Source of the DNA: Candidatus Thalassarchaeaceae archaeon
GTDB taxonomy: Archaea > Thermoplasmatota > Poseidoniia > Poseidoniales > Thalassarchaeaceae
NCBI GenBank assembly: GCA_030747675.1
Contig: JASLKH010000035.1
Span: 1 to 64,000, forward strand
Direction: 5' to 3'
DNA: 64,000 bases
Of this stretch, positions 55,718 through 64,000 are shown one piece after another. Position 1 is the first letter of the stretch. Every line of letters starts with the position of its first letter. The notes under the pieces were generated by a model. That model was not told the DNA's origin. It saw nothing but the letters and a program-made list of their open reading frames with translations, and did no database searches. Made by a program: the position numbers and the translations under genes.

Positions 55718-56059
55718 TTATGCCTCGATTAAATCTTCAATTATGGGGTTCAGTGCTTGTGCTTCATGGCGAAGTCTGCCGATGGGAGTAGTTACTGAAG
55801 ATGCAATCCATATACTGCCACCTCCACGTAGTGTACTTACAACTCGTCGTTTGTTTTCAGATTCAAGCCAAAGTTGATCAATTACTCCTAAATTCAGAAC
55901 TGATGCCATGCGTGCTGCATCGTGCAATAATTCAGCGTATAGCGCACCAACTGGTGGCTTTTCTCCTGTCGTAACTACTGGTGTGCCATCTGCATTCAAA
56001 ATAGAAGCACCATTCACACCCTCGATTTCATCAAGAGTTGATAACAATCTATTGAGCAT
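55718..56059 (-). CDS. Roadblock/LC7 (MglB-like) protein
   Basis: LDEIEGVNGASILNADG...LGVIDQLWLESE...IGRLRHE; start MLNRL with a GAGGGG SD-like site. Confidence 0.88.
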   Translation of the reverse strand: MLNRLLSTLDEIEGVNGASILNADGTPVVTTGEKPPVGALYAELLHDAARMASVLNLGVIDQLWLESENKRRVVSTLRGGGSIWIASSVTTPIGRLRHEAQALNPIIEDLIEA

Positions 56060-56349
56060 TGGACCCCTCAAAATCATTTGAGGATGAAATTGAGTTCAAG
56101 AACTTGTCCCAATTCGGCCCCTAAGGGGGCCGTTTCTAGAGGGGTTTCAAATCGCCAACTGAAATGCGGGTTTTTTCGAATTAAAGTCGTTTATTGATCC
56201 TTCAATATTAGGCTATCGAAGTTTTTAGACTGGCTCATATCGAGATTTTCGACTTTGATAAATTTCTAATTGTAAATTTAAAAAGTCAATTGGTAAATTA
56301 TTCTCAAAACCATAGTTGATTTGAAGAATAGAACCACTTCGCAGGATTT

Positions 56350-57363
56350 GTGACCACCGGACTAGATGTACAATCGTGTAGTCGATGTGACAATCCTGCA
56401 ACAATTCATCAAATCTACAGTGGGCAGCATCTTTGTGGAATGCATCTTTCACAATCAATTCGAAAACGTGTTTCAAAAGCACTACGAACTCAATTGGTAT
56501 TGCCAAGTAATGCTCGTGACGAAGAAGGGAATCCTTCTGTAATATTGGTTTGTATATCGGGTGGCAAGGATTCCGCGGTTCTATTAGACATGTTAGTACG
56601 AATTGTGGGCGATCGAAGAGATATTGAGTTAGTCTGTGGTTGTGTCGATGAAGGAATTGATGGCTACCGTTCACCATCAATGGAGTGTGCTAGAGAATTG
56701 GCTGGAAAGCATGGTCTGAGATTCGAAACAATTGCGTATCCAGAGTTGGGATTCGAACGAATGGATGAAGTGGTGAAATGGATGCCACTAATTGGGGAGA
56801 ATCATCGAGAGGCTCGAGGAATGAAGTCTTGCTCATATTGTGGTGTTTTTCGCCGTCAAGGATTGAATGCTTTAGCAGAACGAATTGGGGCGAAATGGAT
56901 GGCATTGGGACATAATCTCGATGATATGGCTCAATCTGTATTGATGAATCTGCAAAAAGGGGAAATGGAACGTATCATTCGTTTAGCACCACATACTGAT
57001 TTTCCATTAGAAGGCCTTGCTCCGAGAATTGTTCCTTTACGTTGGATTCCTGAAAGAGAAATCCATGCTTATGCGATGGGGGCCAAATTACCATTCCATC
57101 ACGAAGATTGCCCGCATGCACCAGGAGCGTTGCGTCAAAAACATCGGGCTCATATTGCTGAAATGGAAGCTCAAAACCCTGGGACAATGCATGGATTATT
57201 GCATTCAATGGATGCGATTAGAGCATTGTGGGCTTCAACAGAAAATCCCCCTGAATCTTGGAAACAGGGGCAAGCGAGACCCTGTACTAACTGCGGAGAA
57301 CCTACTAGCCAACCAATTTGTCAAGCATGCCTATTCAAAGAATGGTTGAAAGAAGCCATGTAA
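56350..57363 (+). CDS. ncsA: tRNA 2-thiolation protein, TIGR00269/NcsA/TtuA/Ctu1 family
   Basis: N- and C-terminal CxxC zinc fingers, PP-loop SGGKDS, CSYCGVFRR, GHNLDD. Confidence 0.9.
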   Translation: MTTGLDVQSCSRCDNPATIHQIYSGQHLCGMHLSQSIRKRVSKALRTQLVLPSNARDEEGNPSVILVCISGGKDSAVLLDMLVRIVGDRRDIELVCGCVDEGIDGYRSPSMECARELAGKHGLRFETIAYPELGFERMDEVVKWMPLIGENHREARGMKSCSYCGVFRRQGLNALAERIGAKWMALGHNLDDMAQSVLMNLQKGEMERIIRLAPHTDFPLEGLAPRIVPLRWIPEREIHAYAMGAKLPFHHEDCPHAPGALRQKHRAHIAEMEAQNPGTMHGLLHSMDAIRALWASTENPPESWKQGQARPCTNCGEPTSQPICQACLFKEWLKEAM

Positions 57364-57834
57364 TCAAATAAGATTGTTAGCCAAATCACTCATTTCTTGA
57401 GGTCGGCCGCAATACCTACACCTAACTTCAAGTGGGTCTGATTTGACAACCTTGAGCCTGTGGTCAAGAGGCTCTCGAGAATTTTGTGTTATGCAGTTGG
57501 TAAATGTACAGCGTGCGATATTGACAAGTTCTTTGCCCAAATCAACCGTCCTCTTCTCTGCAACAGCATATGAGCGTATAATGGCAACATTGGCATGTGG
57601 GGCTATTAAGGCCAAGCGATCTAATTCATCTTGCGTTAATTCTCGGTCCTCAACTTTGATGATGTCTTTTCGACCATGTTTAGAAGAGGGGACATTCATT
57701 ACCAAACTGATTGGGCTTGAACGGCCTCCATCTAATCCAAGCATTCGCAATACACCCATAGCAGAACCAGATGGAATATGATCAATTACCGTGCCATTAT
57801 TAATTGCAGTTACACGACGCATTTCAGACATCAA
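57364..57834 (-). CDS. pyrI: Aspartate carbamoyltransferase regulatory chain
   Basis: NGTVIDHIP, KDIIKVE, CTFTNCIT...CRYC. Confidence 0.96.
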   Translation of the reverse strand: MMSEMRRVTAINNGTVIDHIPSGSAMGVLRMLGLDGGRSSPISLVMNVPSSKHGRKDIIKVEDRELTQDELDRLALIAPHANVAIIRSYAVAEKRTVDLGKELVNIARCTFTNCITQNSREPLDHRLKVVKSDPLEVRCRYCGRPQEMSDLANNLI

Positions 57835-58778
57835 ACATCACCACCCGGGATTGTTACGCCCAACAACTTACACATCAGTGACATGCGAGCCACTACGCCA
57901 TTGAACGCTTGTTCAAAGTAGCGGGCATGCCGGGTGGAATCGATATCTGGATTGATTTCATTTACACGAGGAAGTGGGTGCATGATAATCATCTCACCTT
58001 TAGCTCCAGCAAGATCCGAGGCCTCAAGACAGTAAATTCCTGCAACCTTAGCATATTCATCTTCATCTGGGAATCGTTCTTTCTGTATCCGGGTCATGTA
58101 AATGACATCTACCTCTGGAATGGCTCCATAAAGGTCTTCTGTAATCATAATATTTGCACCGTGAGATGTCAAGTCTTCAACAATTTCATCCGGCATCGAT
58201 AATTGAGCAGGGGAAATAAAAATTAATTCACAATTAAATCTTGAAAGTGCGTGAGACAAACTGTGAACTGTACGGCCATATCGTAAATCGCCAACTAATG
58301 CAACCTTCAACCCATCCAATTTTCCAAATTCTTGCTGTATTGTGAATAGATCAAGAAGTGTCTGAGTAGGATGATGTCCAGCCCCATCGCCACCATTCAT
58401 GATTGAGATAGAACAAGCATCTCCTGCATACTGTGCTGCACCTTGTCTTGGATGGCGAAGTGCCGCAATGTCGCAATATCCATCCACCATTCTCATCGTA
58501 TCATACAGAGTTTCTCCCTTTACAGCGCTACTTGATTTCACATCACCTAGATTGACAACATCACCACCTAAGCGCTTCATTGCTGTCTCAAATGACATTC
58601 TAGTACGAGTGCTTGGTTCAAAAAACATGTTCGCCAAAAGTTTGCCCTGTAGCAGAGGAAGATATTTTTCGCCCCGTGCAACTGGTAAGAGTCGTTCAGC
58701 ATCATTGAGGAGAGACAATATCTCCTCGTTCGTCAGGTCGTCCATTGTGATGAGGTCCTTATTCATCCGTCCCGCCAA
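57831..58778 (-). CDS. pyrB: Aspartate carbamoyltransferase catalytic chain
   Basis: FFEPSTRTRMSF, HPTQTLLD, GDLRYGRTVHS, HPLPR. Confidence 0.97.
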   Translation of the reverse strand: MAGRMNKDLITMDDLTNEEILSLLNDAERLLPVARGEKYLPLLQGKLLANMFFEPSTRTRMSFETAMKRLGGDVVNLGDVKSSSAVKGETLYDTMRMVDGYCDIAALRHPRQGAAQYAGDACSISIMNGGDGAGHHPTQTLLDLFTIQQEFGKLDGLKVALVGDLRYGRTVHSLSHALSRFNCELIFISPAQLSMPDEIVEDLTSHGANIMITEDLYGAIPEVDVIYMTRIQKERFPDEDEYAKVAGIYCLEASDLAGAKGEMIIMHPLPRVNEINPDIDSTRHARYFEQAFNGVVARMSLMCKLLGVTIPGGDV

Positions 58779-58888
58779 TTTAGTCCGTTAGACCCCCGGA
58801 CTTATTCATTGGGGTCGGAGCAAGAGGCGATTCCTATGGAATCGGAAGCCGAAGGACTTGAAGAGTAAGCGCTAGGTCGGAGGACTCG

Positions 58889-59881
58889 ATGATAATCAGT
58901 CGGACACCCGTTCGTGTCTCATTTTGCGGAGGAGGAACCGACCTCCCTGCATATTATTTGAACAGTGAAAACGGTGGACTGGTGACTTCTTTCGCATTAT
59001 CAAAACATATTCATGTTACAGTAAACAAGCGATTTGATGATAGCGTACGAGTCAGTTATTCTCGCACAGAAATTGTCGACGACTTTGAAAATATTGAACA
59101 TGAGTTAGTTCGTGAGGCGATGAGAATGACTGGAGTAACCTCTGGAATCGAAATTACCACCATTGCAGATATCCCCTCCCGAGGCACAGGATTAGGATCT
59201 TCATCTACATTGACTGTTGGATTATTGAACGCTTTGCATACCTTTGCTGGAAGGAATCCGGATGCAACGCAACTAGCTGATGAGGCTTGCCAAATAGAAA
59301 TGGAAATTCTCGGTCAGCCTATTGGACGCCAAGATCAGTATGCCGCCGCTTTCGGTGGAGCGAATCAAATTTCATTCATGCAAGATGATTCAGTAATTGT
59401 CACACCGCTAAATATGAAGCGTGAAGCAATAAAGGAGCTTTCAGAGGCATATTTCCTAGTATATACTGGGCTAACGCGAAAGGCCTCAGATATTCTAACA
59501 AAGCAATCAGCATCGAGTGAAGAGAGAAGGGGGGAATTAAATTCACTAAGACAACAAGCTGTTGATGTTAGAACTGCTCTAGAACAGGGAAAGCACCACA
59601 CTGTTGGAGAACTTCTTGATGCATCTTGGAAAATCAAGAGAGAATTAGTCACAGGAATAACGGGGCAAGAATTAGATACATTATACGAGAAAATAATCGA
59701 AATGGGTGCGACTGGGGGGAAATTACTTGGCGCAGGCGGTGGTGGATTTTTCTTATTCCATGCACCGTCTGGTGTGCGCGAAAAGGTTGCAGAGATGCTC
59801 GAGTCAAAACACCGTATTCTACCACTAACAGTAGATACTATTGGTTCAACAATTATCTTCGATGATGGGGCTCGATTGTAG
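58889..59881 (+). CDS. GHMP-family sugar kinase (D-glycero-D-manno-heptose-7-phosphate kinase HddA-like)
   Basis: RVSFCGGGTD, PSRGTGLGSSS, GRQDQY, GKLLGAGGGGF. Confidence 0.85.
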   Translation: MIISRTPVRVSFCGGGTDLPAYYLNSENGGLVTSFALSKHIHVTVNKRFDDSVRVSYSRTEIVDDFENIEHELVREAMRMTGVTSGIEITTIADIPSRGTGLGSSSTLTVGLLNALHTFAGRNPDATQLADEACQIEMEILGQPIGRQDQYAAAFGGANQISFMQDDSVIVTPLNMKREAIKELSEAYFLVYTGLTRKASDILTKQSASSEERRGELNSLRQQAVDVRTALEQGKHHTVGELLDASWKIKRELVTGITGQELDTLYEKIIEMGATGGKLLGAGGGGFFLFHAPSGVREKVAEMLESKHRILPLTVDTIGSTIIFDDGARL

Positions 59882-59890
59882 GGTGAAAAT

Positions 59891-62152
59891 ATGCGTAAGG
59901 CAATGATTTTTGTACTTATTATGTTGGTTTCAATAATTCCAATACAAGCCAAAGTATATGCCGAATCATACTCAACAGCAAAAGATCATGAATTTATCCA
60001 TTTATCATCGCAGTTCGCACCTGGTGCGGTCCTATTGTTTGATGAAAATGGGACAATTTTTTCTGTTAATGCACACATCCCAATTGATTTACAATTGGAA
60101 CCAAAAAATTGGACCCTTGTGCGGATGTTTGATGGTGTACCCCAAGTGGAACGTATGCATTTTAATAGCGATAAAAACGTTACGAGTTTTCTAAACATCA
60201 CTATCGAAAATCCCCTAGAAATTGATGGATTAGCACATATTAACATACTTGGACCAATTGCTGAAATCACCCCTTCCGATGCAATTTGGAATTCATCTAC
60301 TTCTATTCCCAACACACTCGGGCATCCAGGTTTACCAAACGCACATTTAGGCATAACAAGTCAAATTGAAATTGAATTTGAAAATAATTTCACTGCCTTT
60401 GAATCATGGGTCGTTACAAATACAAGTGTCGGTTGTTGCTCTTATGATCGCACAGAAATGACCGTTCAGGATTTGGAAATTACAGTCAATGCCCCCACTC
60501 TAGGGCTGAATGGATCATGGGGGTGGTCAACAATTGCAAACCTTACAGGTCAAGGCGATGGCCGAAGTACTCGATTGCTGTGGGTCCCAATTACTGGCGA
60601 ATTAATTGACTCAACTGATTTGAGAATTACATTACCTACGCCTCATGAAATTAGATTCTCTCCTCAGGAACAGTATATTTCAGGACTACCATATGACTTT
60701 ACAATACACAGAGGTGAAATTCCAGTTACTGGTAACGTAACTATCGCTTTGGGCCATAATTCACCTCCAACTTCCTATTTCAGTTCCCAAAATCGGCAAA
60801 TTCCTTTTTTACCAATTGCAGGAGTATCCTACATTGATGCTCAATGTGATGATAATTCCATTACCAAACCAAGTTCTCGTTTTGTGCTTCGAAATGGGAA
60901 TCAGACAATGCTGGATGAGTCTGTTGAAGTGTTGCCTATTGACCCTATTTATCACGGAATAACACCTGGATCCACACTCAATTTGACATTAGAATGTACC
61001 GACCCACAAGGGCTAATGTCGAATTTTTCAGTTGATTTGTACTTTGATGGCATACCTCCATCTAGAATGTTGAATATGCAATATCTACACCCTGAAGATG
61101 GGGTGCCTGTTGATATCTCTCACGGGCAAACCGAATTCAGTATTCCATCAGGTTCAGTAATTAGTGGATCAGTACAGTCAACAGATGAATCAACCTCTGC
61201 GGTCGATATTATTTGGACCTCCAACAAAACATCAGGATGGAAACATGAAGCAATGAATAATATGGCTTGGAATGATCTCTTTGTTCAAGGACCTCAAATC
61301 AATGGTCAGCATCTTTCTGTGGAAGAAAGACATCAAGAGAAACCACTTACAGTATATCATTTACAACTCAACCTTAGTGATGCTGCTGGTAATTCATTGA
61401 TTCAATCATGGGATGTTACTGTTACAGACCGGACGCCCCCCCATCCACGACCTGCTCTCAGCATTGATGCTCAATACTATGGTGAATTAAATCACCCTAT
61501 TGAAGGCGGTTCGAATGTAGATGTAGATTTATCTCAATCATGGGATGACATCAGTGCAATCACCGCATTGTCGTGGGAAGTCTCACTGAATGGTGAACCA
61601 CTAGACATCGGTACAACTTGGGAAGATGTTGAAACCTTTGCATTACCAACATTACCCTCTGGCCGTCATGTTTTGGTTGTCAATGCAACCGATGCTGCAG
61701 GAAATATTGGAACTCATTCGTCCTTAATCGAAGTTGAGCCGCCTGTTGGTCCATTCTTTTCAATTGTCGATGTAGTCGTGATTGGGAATGATGAGCCAGG
61801 AGAACCTGGTGTATTGGATATCACAATTGAAAATTCGGGGCAGGGAGAATATGAATTGAGAATCTGTTATTTGGAAACATGTACTGTTAATCTAACTGCA
61901 GTTCAAGCAACAGTCAATGGACCTGCAAATATGACCCATAGGATCGCATTTGAAGAATGGAATTCAGGTGAGGTTACTATTCGTTTAGAAATTGAAGATG
62001 GCACTGTAATTGAACATGATACTGGGATAAGAATTGAAGCGAAATTGTCCCCATTGCACTGGCTTTTACTACTTGCTCCTTTACTATGTGGTTTGTGCGT
62101 ACTTTGGTATGTTGGTTCTAAAGATCGAGGAGATTCAAATAAATCGGATTAA
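59891..62152 (+). CDS. Secreted Ig/PKD-like repeat surface protein with a C-terminal TM anchor
   Basis: Signal peptide, repeats of the type (L/V)NxxDAAGN, C-terminal hydrophobic helix. Confidence 0.75.
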   Translation: MRKAMIFVLIMLVSIIPIQAKVYAESYSTAKDHEFIHLSSQFAPGAVLLFDENGTIFSVNAHIPIDLQLEPKNWTLVRMFDGVPQVERMHFNSDKNVTSFLNITIENPLEIDGLAHINILGPIAEITPSDAIWNSSTSIPNTLGHPGLPNAHLGITSQIEIEFENNFTAFESWVVTNTSVGCCSYDRTEMTVQDLEITVNAPTLGLNGSWGWSTIANLTGQGDGRSTRLLWVPITGELIDSTDLRITLPTPHEIRFSPQEQYISGLPYDFTIHRGEIPVTGNVTIALGHNSPPTSYFSSQNRQIPFLPIAGVSYIDAQCDDNSITKPSSRFVLRNGNQTMLDESVEVLPIDPIYHGITPGSTLNLTLECTDPQGLMSNFSVDLYFDGIPPSRMLNMQYLHPEDGVPVDISHGQTEFSIPSGSVISGSVQSTDESTSAVDIIWTSNKTSGWKHEAMNNMAWNDLFVQGPQINGQHLSVEERHQEKPLTVYHLQLNLSDAAGNSLIQSWDVTVTDRTPPHPRPALSIDAQYYGELNHPIEGGSNVDVDLSQSWDDISAITALSWEVSLNGEPLDIGTTWEDVETFALPTLPSGRHVLVVNATDAAGNIGTHSSLIEVEPPVGPFFSIVDVVVIGNDEPGEPGVLDITIENSGQGEYELRICYLETCTVNLTAVQATVNGPANMTHRIAFEEWNSGEVTIRLEIEDGTVIEHDTGIRIEAKLSPLHWLLLLAPLLCGLCVLWYVGSKDRGDSNKSD

Positions 62153-62200
62153 GGCATATAATACACTCATCATGGCGTACTTCTCTTAGGCATTCAGGGT

Positions 62201-63952
62201 TTGGGTGGGGTAATGGCGGCACTGGATTCACTACCTTCGCAAATTGATGCGGAGATAGGTAAGCAGCATGAACGCATTACATCTTTAGCCTTATTTTGTG
62301 CACTTGCTACAATTTCATCGGCTGCATGGTACATATGGCCAGCAATCGATGGAGATGCGCAACTGTTTGATCGATTAGGTGCAGTTAGTCTACTCCTTAT
62401 CGCAGCTTTACTTTTGCAAGACTTAGCTGAACCTGATGCCCGAGCACGAGGGCGATTAGGTGCCTCCAGTTCTTTAGCCTGGCCTGCCTTGATGATTTTA
62501 GGTATTGATGTTGTATCAACTAATGGTTCAACTCAATTAGGTCATGGGTTCATGTTTGTAGTAGCCGGATCCTGTTTGTATGGGTCAAGATATCTGCTAC
62601 AGGGTAGCCTTGAAGCACAACGATTTCGGGGCATCATGACAATTGGAGGATTTACAATTGGGACTGCTATTCTAATGTCTAACTTACCAAATGGATCTAC
62701 ACTTTACTTGGGGATTTTATTACTTTCAATCACAATTACTTCAGCAATTATTGATTTATTTAGTGGCGATGACAATCGAAAAGAGAGAAAGAGATTTAGT
62801 CAAACTCTAGATAAATTAGAAATGAGAATTTTAGAATTACAAGCACAAGGTGTTGGCTTGGATCAAGCCGCATCTCTATGCAGGAATGCTGCTGATGTTG
62901 GATACAAAGATCCATCTCATGGATTCAGCATTTTGGAAGAGGCTGAAGAAAATATTGAACGGACTCTGGCACTAGCAGAAGATATCAGTGAAATTCGTGA
63001 TGTATGTGCTGCCACTGTCAATGAGGCTTCCAAAATTGCCCCATTGGCTAAAAAACCTCAGCGGTCAATGGATGCTGGAGCAAGAGAACAAGATTTAGGG
63101 AGTCTGCGTGAGGCTGAGCAATTATTCCGTCGGGCAAAGAAATTAGCACTCAACATCATCAAGCATTGGGAAAATGCTGACAATCAAATTATAGAATCAA
63201 GCAAATTGATTTCTGGACTTGGAGGAAGTCAACATGAACAATTACACGAACTATTACGACAAGCAAAAGAGGCTATGGCAAACGAAGATTGTCTATTAGC
63301 CTTGGAAATTGCGGAAACTATACCAGAACATGTAGCCAACCTTGGCCAAGCATCTGATGGGGCAAAGGTAGCCTATGATGAAGCCATAAAAATAATGGAA
63401 GAATCAGAAGGACTCGATCTAACACTATGGGATGAGCGACTAGAACAAGCAAAAGCGCATTTGGATTCAGGAGACTTTAGTCTCACTCGGGGAATAGCTG
63501 ATGGCATCATTCGTGAAGTTCGAAAAGAGCGTGGAGCAATGGGTGATGTTCAACGTGCACTGCGTCAGAAGAAAACAATCAGAGGCCGCTGGAAAGGAAG
63601 AGATGATGCTGATACATGGGGTTCCCGTCTGAAAAATATTGAAGATGCTACCAAACGTAAATCTTGGTCACATGCCGCAACACTTCTAGAACGATTAACT
63701 TCTGACCTCGATGCGTTAGATGCTGCCAGTGGGGATGCCAATGAACTATTGACTTACGTTCAAAATGAATGGACTGAACTTCGAAAGAAATTAGAAAGTC
63801 GTGGCATCAAAGCAATTGATGGTGAACGGGCAGCTTGTGAAAAAGCAGTTGGAGCCGCCCATGAAGGATACAAAACTGGTAATCTTGAAGAATGTCTATC
63901 AGCTTTAGGTCAAGCAGATGAATTAATGGAAAAATTGCGACGACGTGCCTAA
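62201..63952 (+). CDS. Membrane protein with N-terminal TM helices and a long helical-repeat/coiled-coil cytoplasmic domain
   Basis: About 5-6 hydrophobic helices in the first 190 aa, then about 390 aa of A/E/L/R-rich helices. Start may be ATG 62213. Confidence 0.75.
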   Translation: MGGVMAALDSLPSQIDAEIGKQHERITSLALFCALATISSAAWYIWPAIDGDAQLFDRLGAVSLLLIAALLLQDLAEPDARARGRLGASSSLAWPALMILGIDVVSTNGSTQLGHGFMFVVAGSCLYGSRYLLQGSLEAQRFRGIMTIGGFTIGTAILMSNLPNGSTLYLGILLLSITITSAIIDLFSGDDNRKERKRFSQTLDKLEMRILELQAQGVGLDQAASLCRNAADVGYKDPSHGFSILEEAEENIERTLALAEDISEIRDVCAATVNEASKIAPLAKKPQRSMDAGAREQDLGSLREAEQLFRRAKKLALNIIKHWENADNQIIESSKLISGLGGSQHEQLHELLRQAKEAMANEDCLLALEIAETIPEHVANLGQASDGAKVAYDEAIKIMEESEGLDLTLWDERLEQAKAHLDSGDFSLTRGIADGIIREVRKERGAMGDVQRALRQKKTIRGRWKGRDDADTWGSRLKNIEDATKRKSWSHAATLLERLTSDLDALDAASGDANELLTYVQNEWTELRKKLESRGIKAIDGERAACEKAVGAAHEGYKTGNLEECLSALGQADELMEKLRRRA

Positions 63953-64000
63953 ATGAAGCACTGCATATTGTGATATTTCTACAAGAGTTCTTGATTCAAT

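Noticed and set aside
56078-56349. Longest intergenic region, with an AT-rich right half and GTTTC/GGGG motifs, considered as a replication origin
   Set aside because: No canonical ORB (TTCCAGTGGAAAC...GGGG) repeat and no cdc6/orc1 neighbour; it can be explained as a divergent promoter region.
59365-59952. Numerous 60-200 aa opposite-strand or alternate-frame ORFs in the track (this one, 1838..2353, 24020..24538, 53468..53986 and others)
   Set aside because: Mostly or fully overlapping well-supported genes, with no motifs or SD sites; treated as shadow ORFs.
1-64000. CRISPR arrays, IS elements, toxin-antitoxin or restriction systems, rRNA, inteins
   Set aside because: No regularly spaced repeats, transposase, integrase or methylase motifs, rRNA-like sequence or intein signatures were recognised by eye; core proteins have normal lengths.

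Overview
A densely packed, streamlined archaeal chromosome segment, most consistent with Marine Group II Euryarchaeota (Ca. Poseidoniales, Thermoplasmatota). The lineage call is an inference from the gene mix: MC1 chromatin protein, thermosome, Cdc48/VAT, Bud32, NcsA/TtuA, PRC-barrel, DnaK, a Thermoplasmatota-type DUF6015-like protein, and many large acidic membrane-anchored surface proteins, lipoproteins and peptidases. There are about 55 CDS and two tRNA-Gly genes (GCC and CCC). I see no rRNA, CRISPR array, integrase or transposase. Housekeeping content includes a type IV pilus/archaellum-type ATPase (cut by the left edge), an ABC pair, Ham1, Fluc, NadA, Mrp/NBP35, ArsC, agmatinase with a SpeD-type decarboxylase, M14 and M17 peptidases, hsp20-dnaK divergent from a thermosome subunit, a three-gene succinate dehydrogenase, crtI, ALDH, cdc48, pyrBI and a GHMP kinase. 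The leading candidate for an undescribed system is a three-gene operon at 52184-56059: a Roadblock/LC7 protein, a 1078-aa PATAN/DUF2226-like + Roadblock + long coiled-coil protein with no ATPase motif, and a small 2-TM protein. Other notable items are a mycobacterial Sdh1-like (type F) succinate dehydrogenase, a TIGR03790 protein with nested CBM/PA14/LamG insertions, a cysteine-free Mrp/NBP35, an AUR1/IPC-synthase-like enzyme fused to a large extracellular domain, a structured leader that could sequester the ALDH Shine-Dalgarno site, and a shared cytoplasmic tail motif on two giant surface proteins. All family assignments are by-eye motif recognition; no searches were run.
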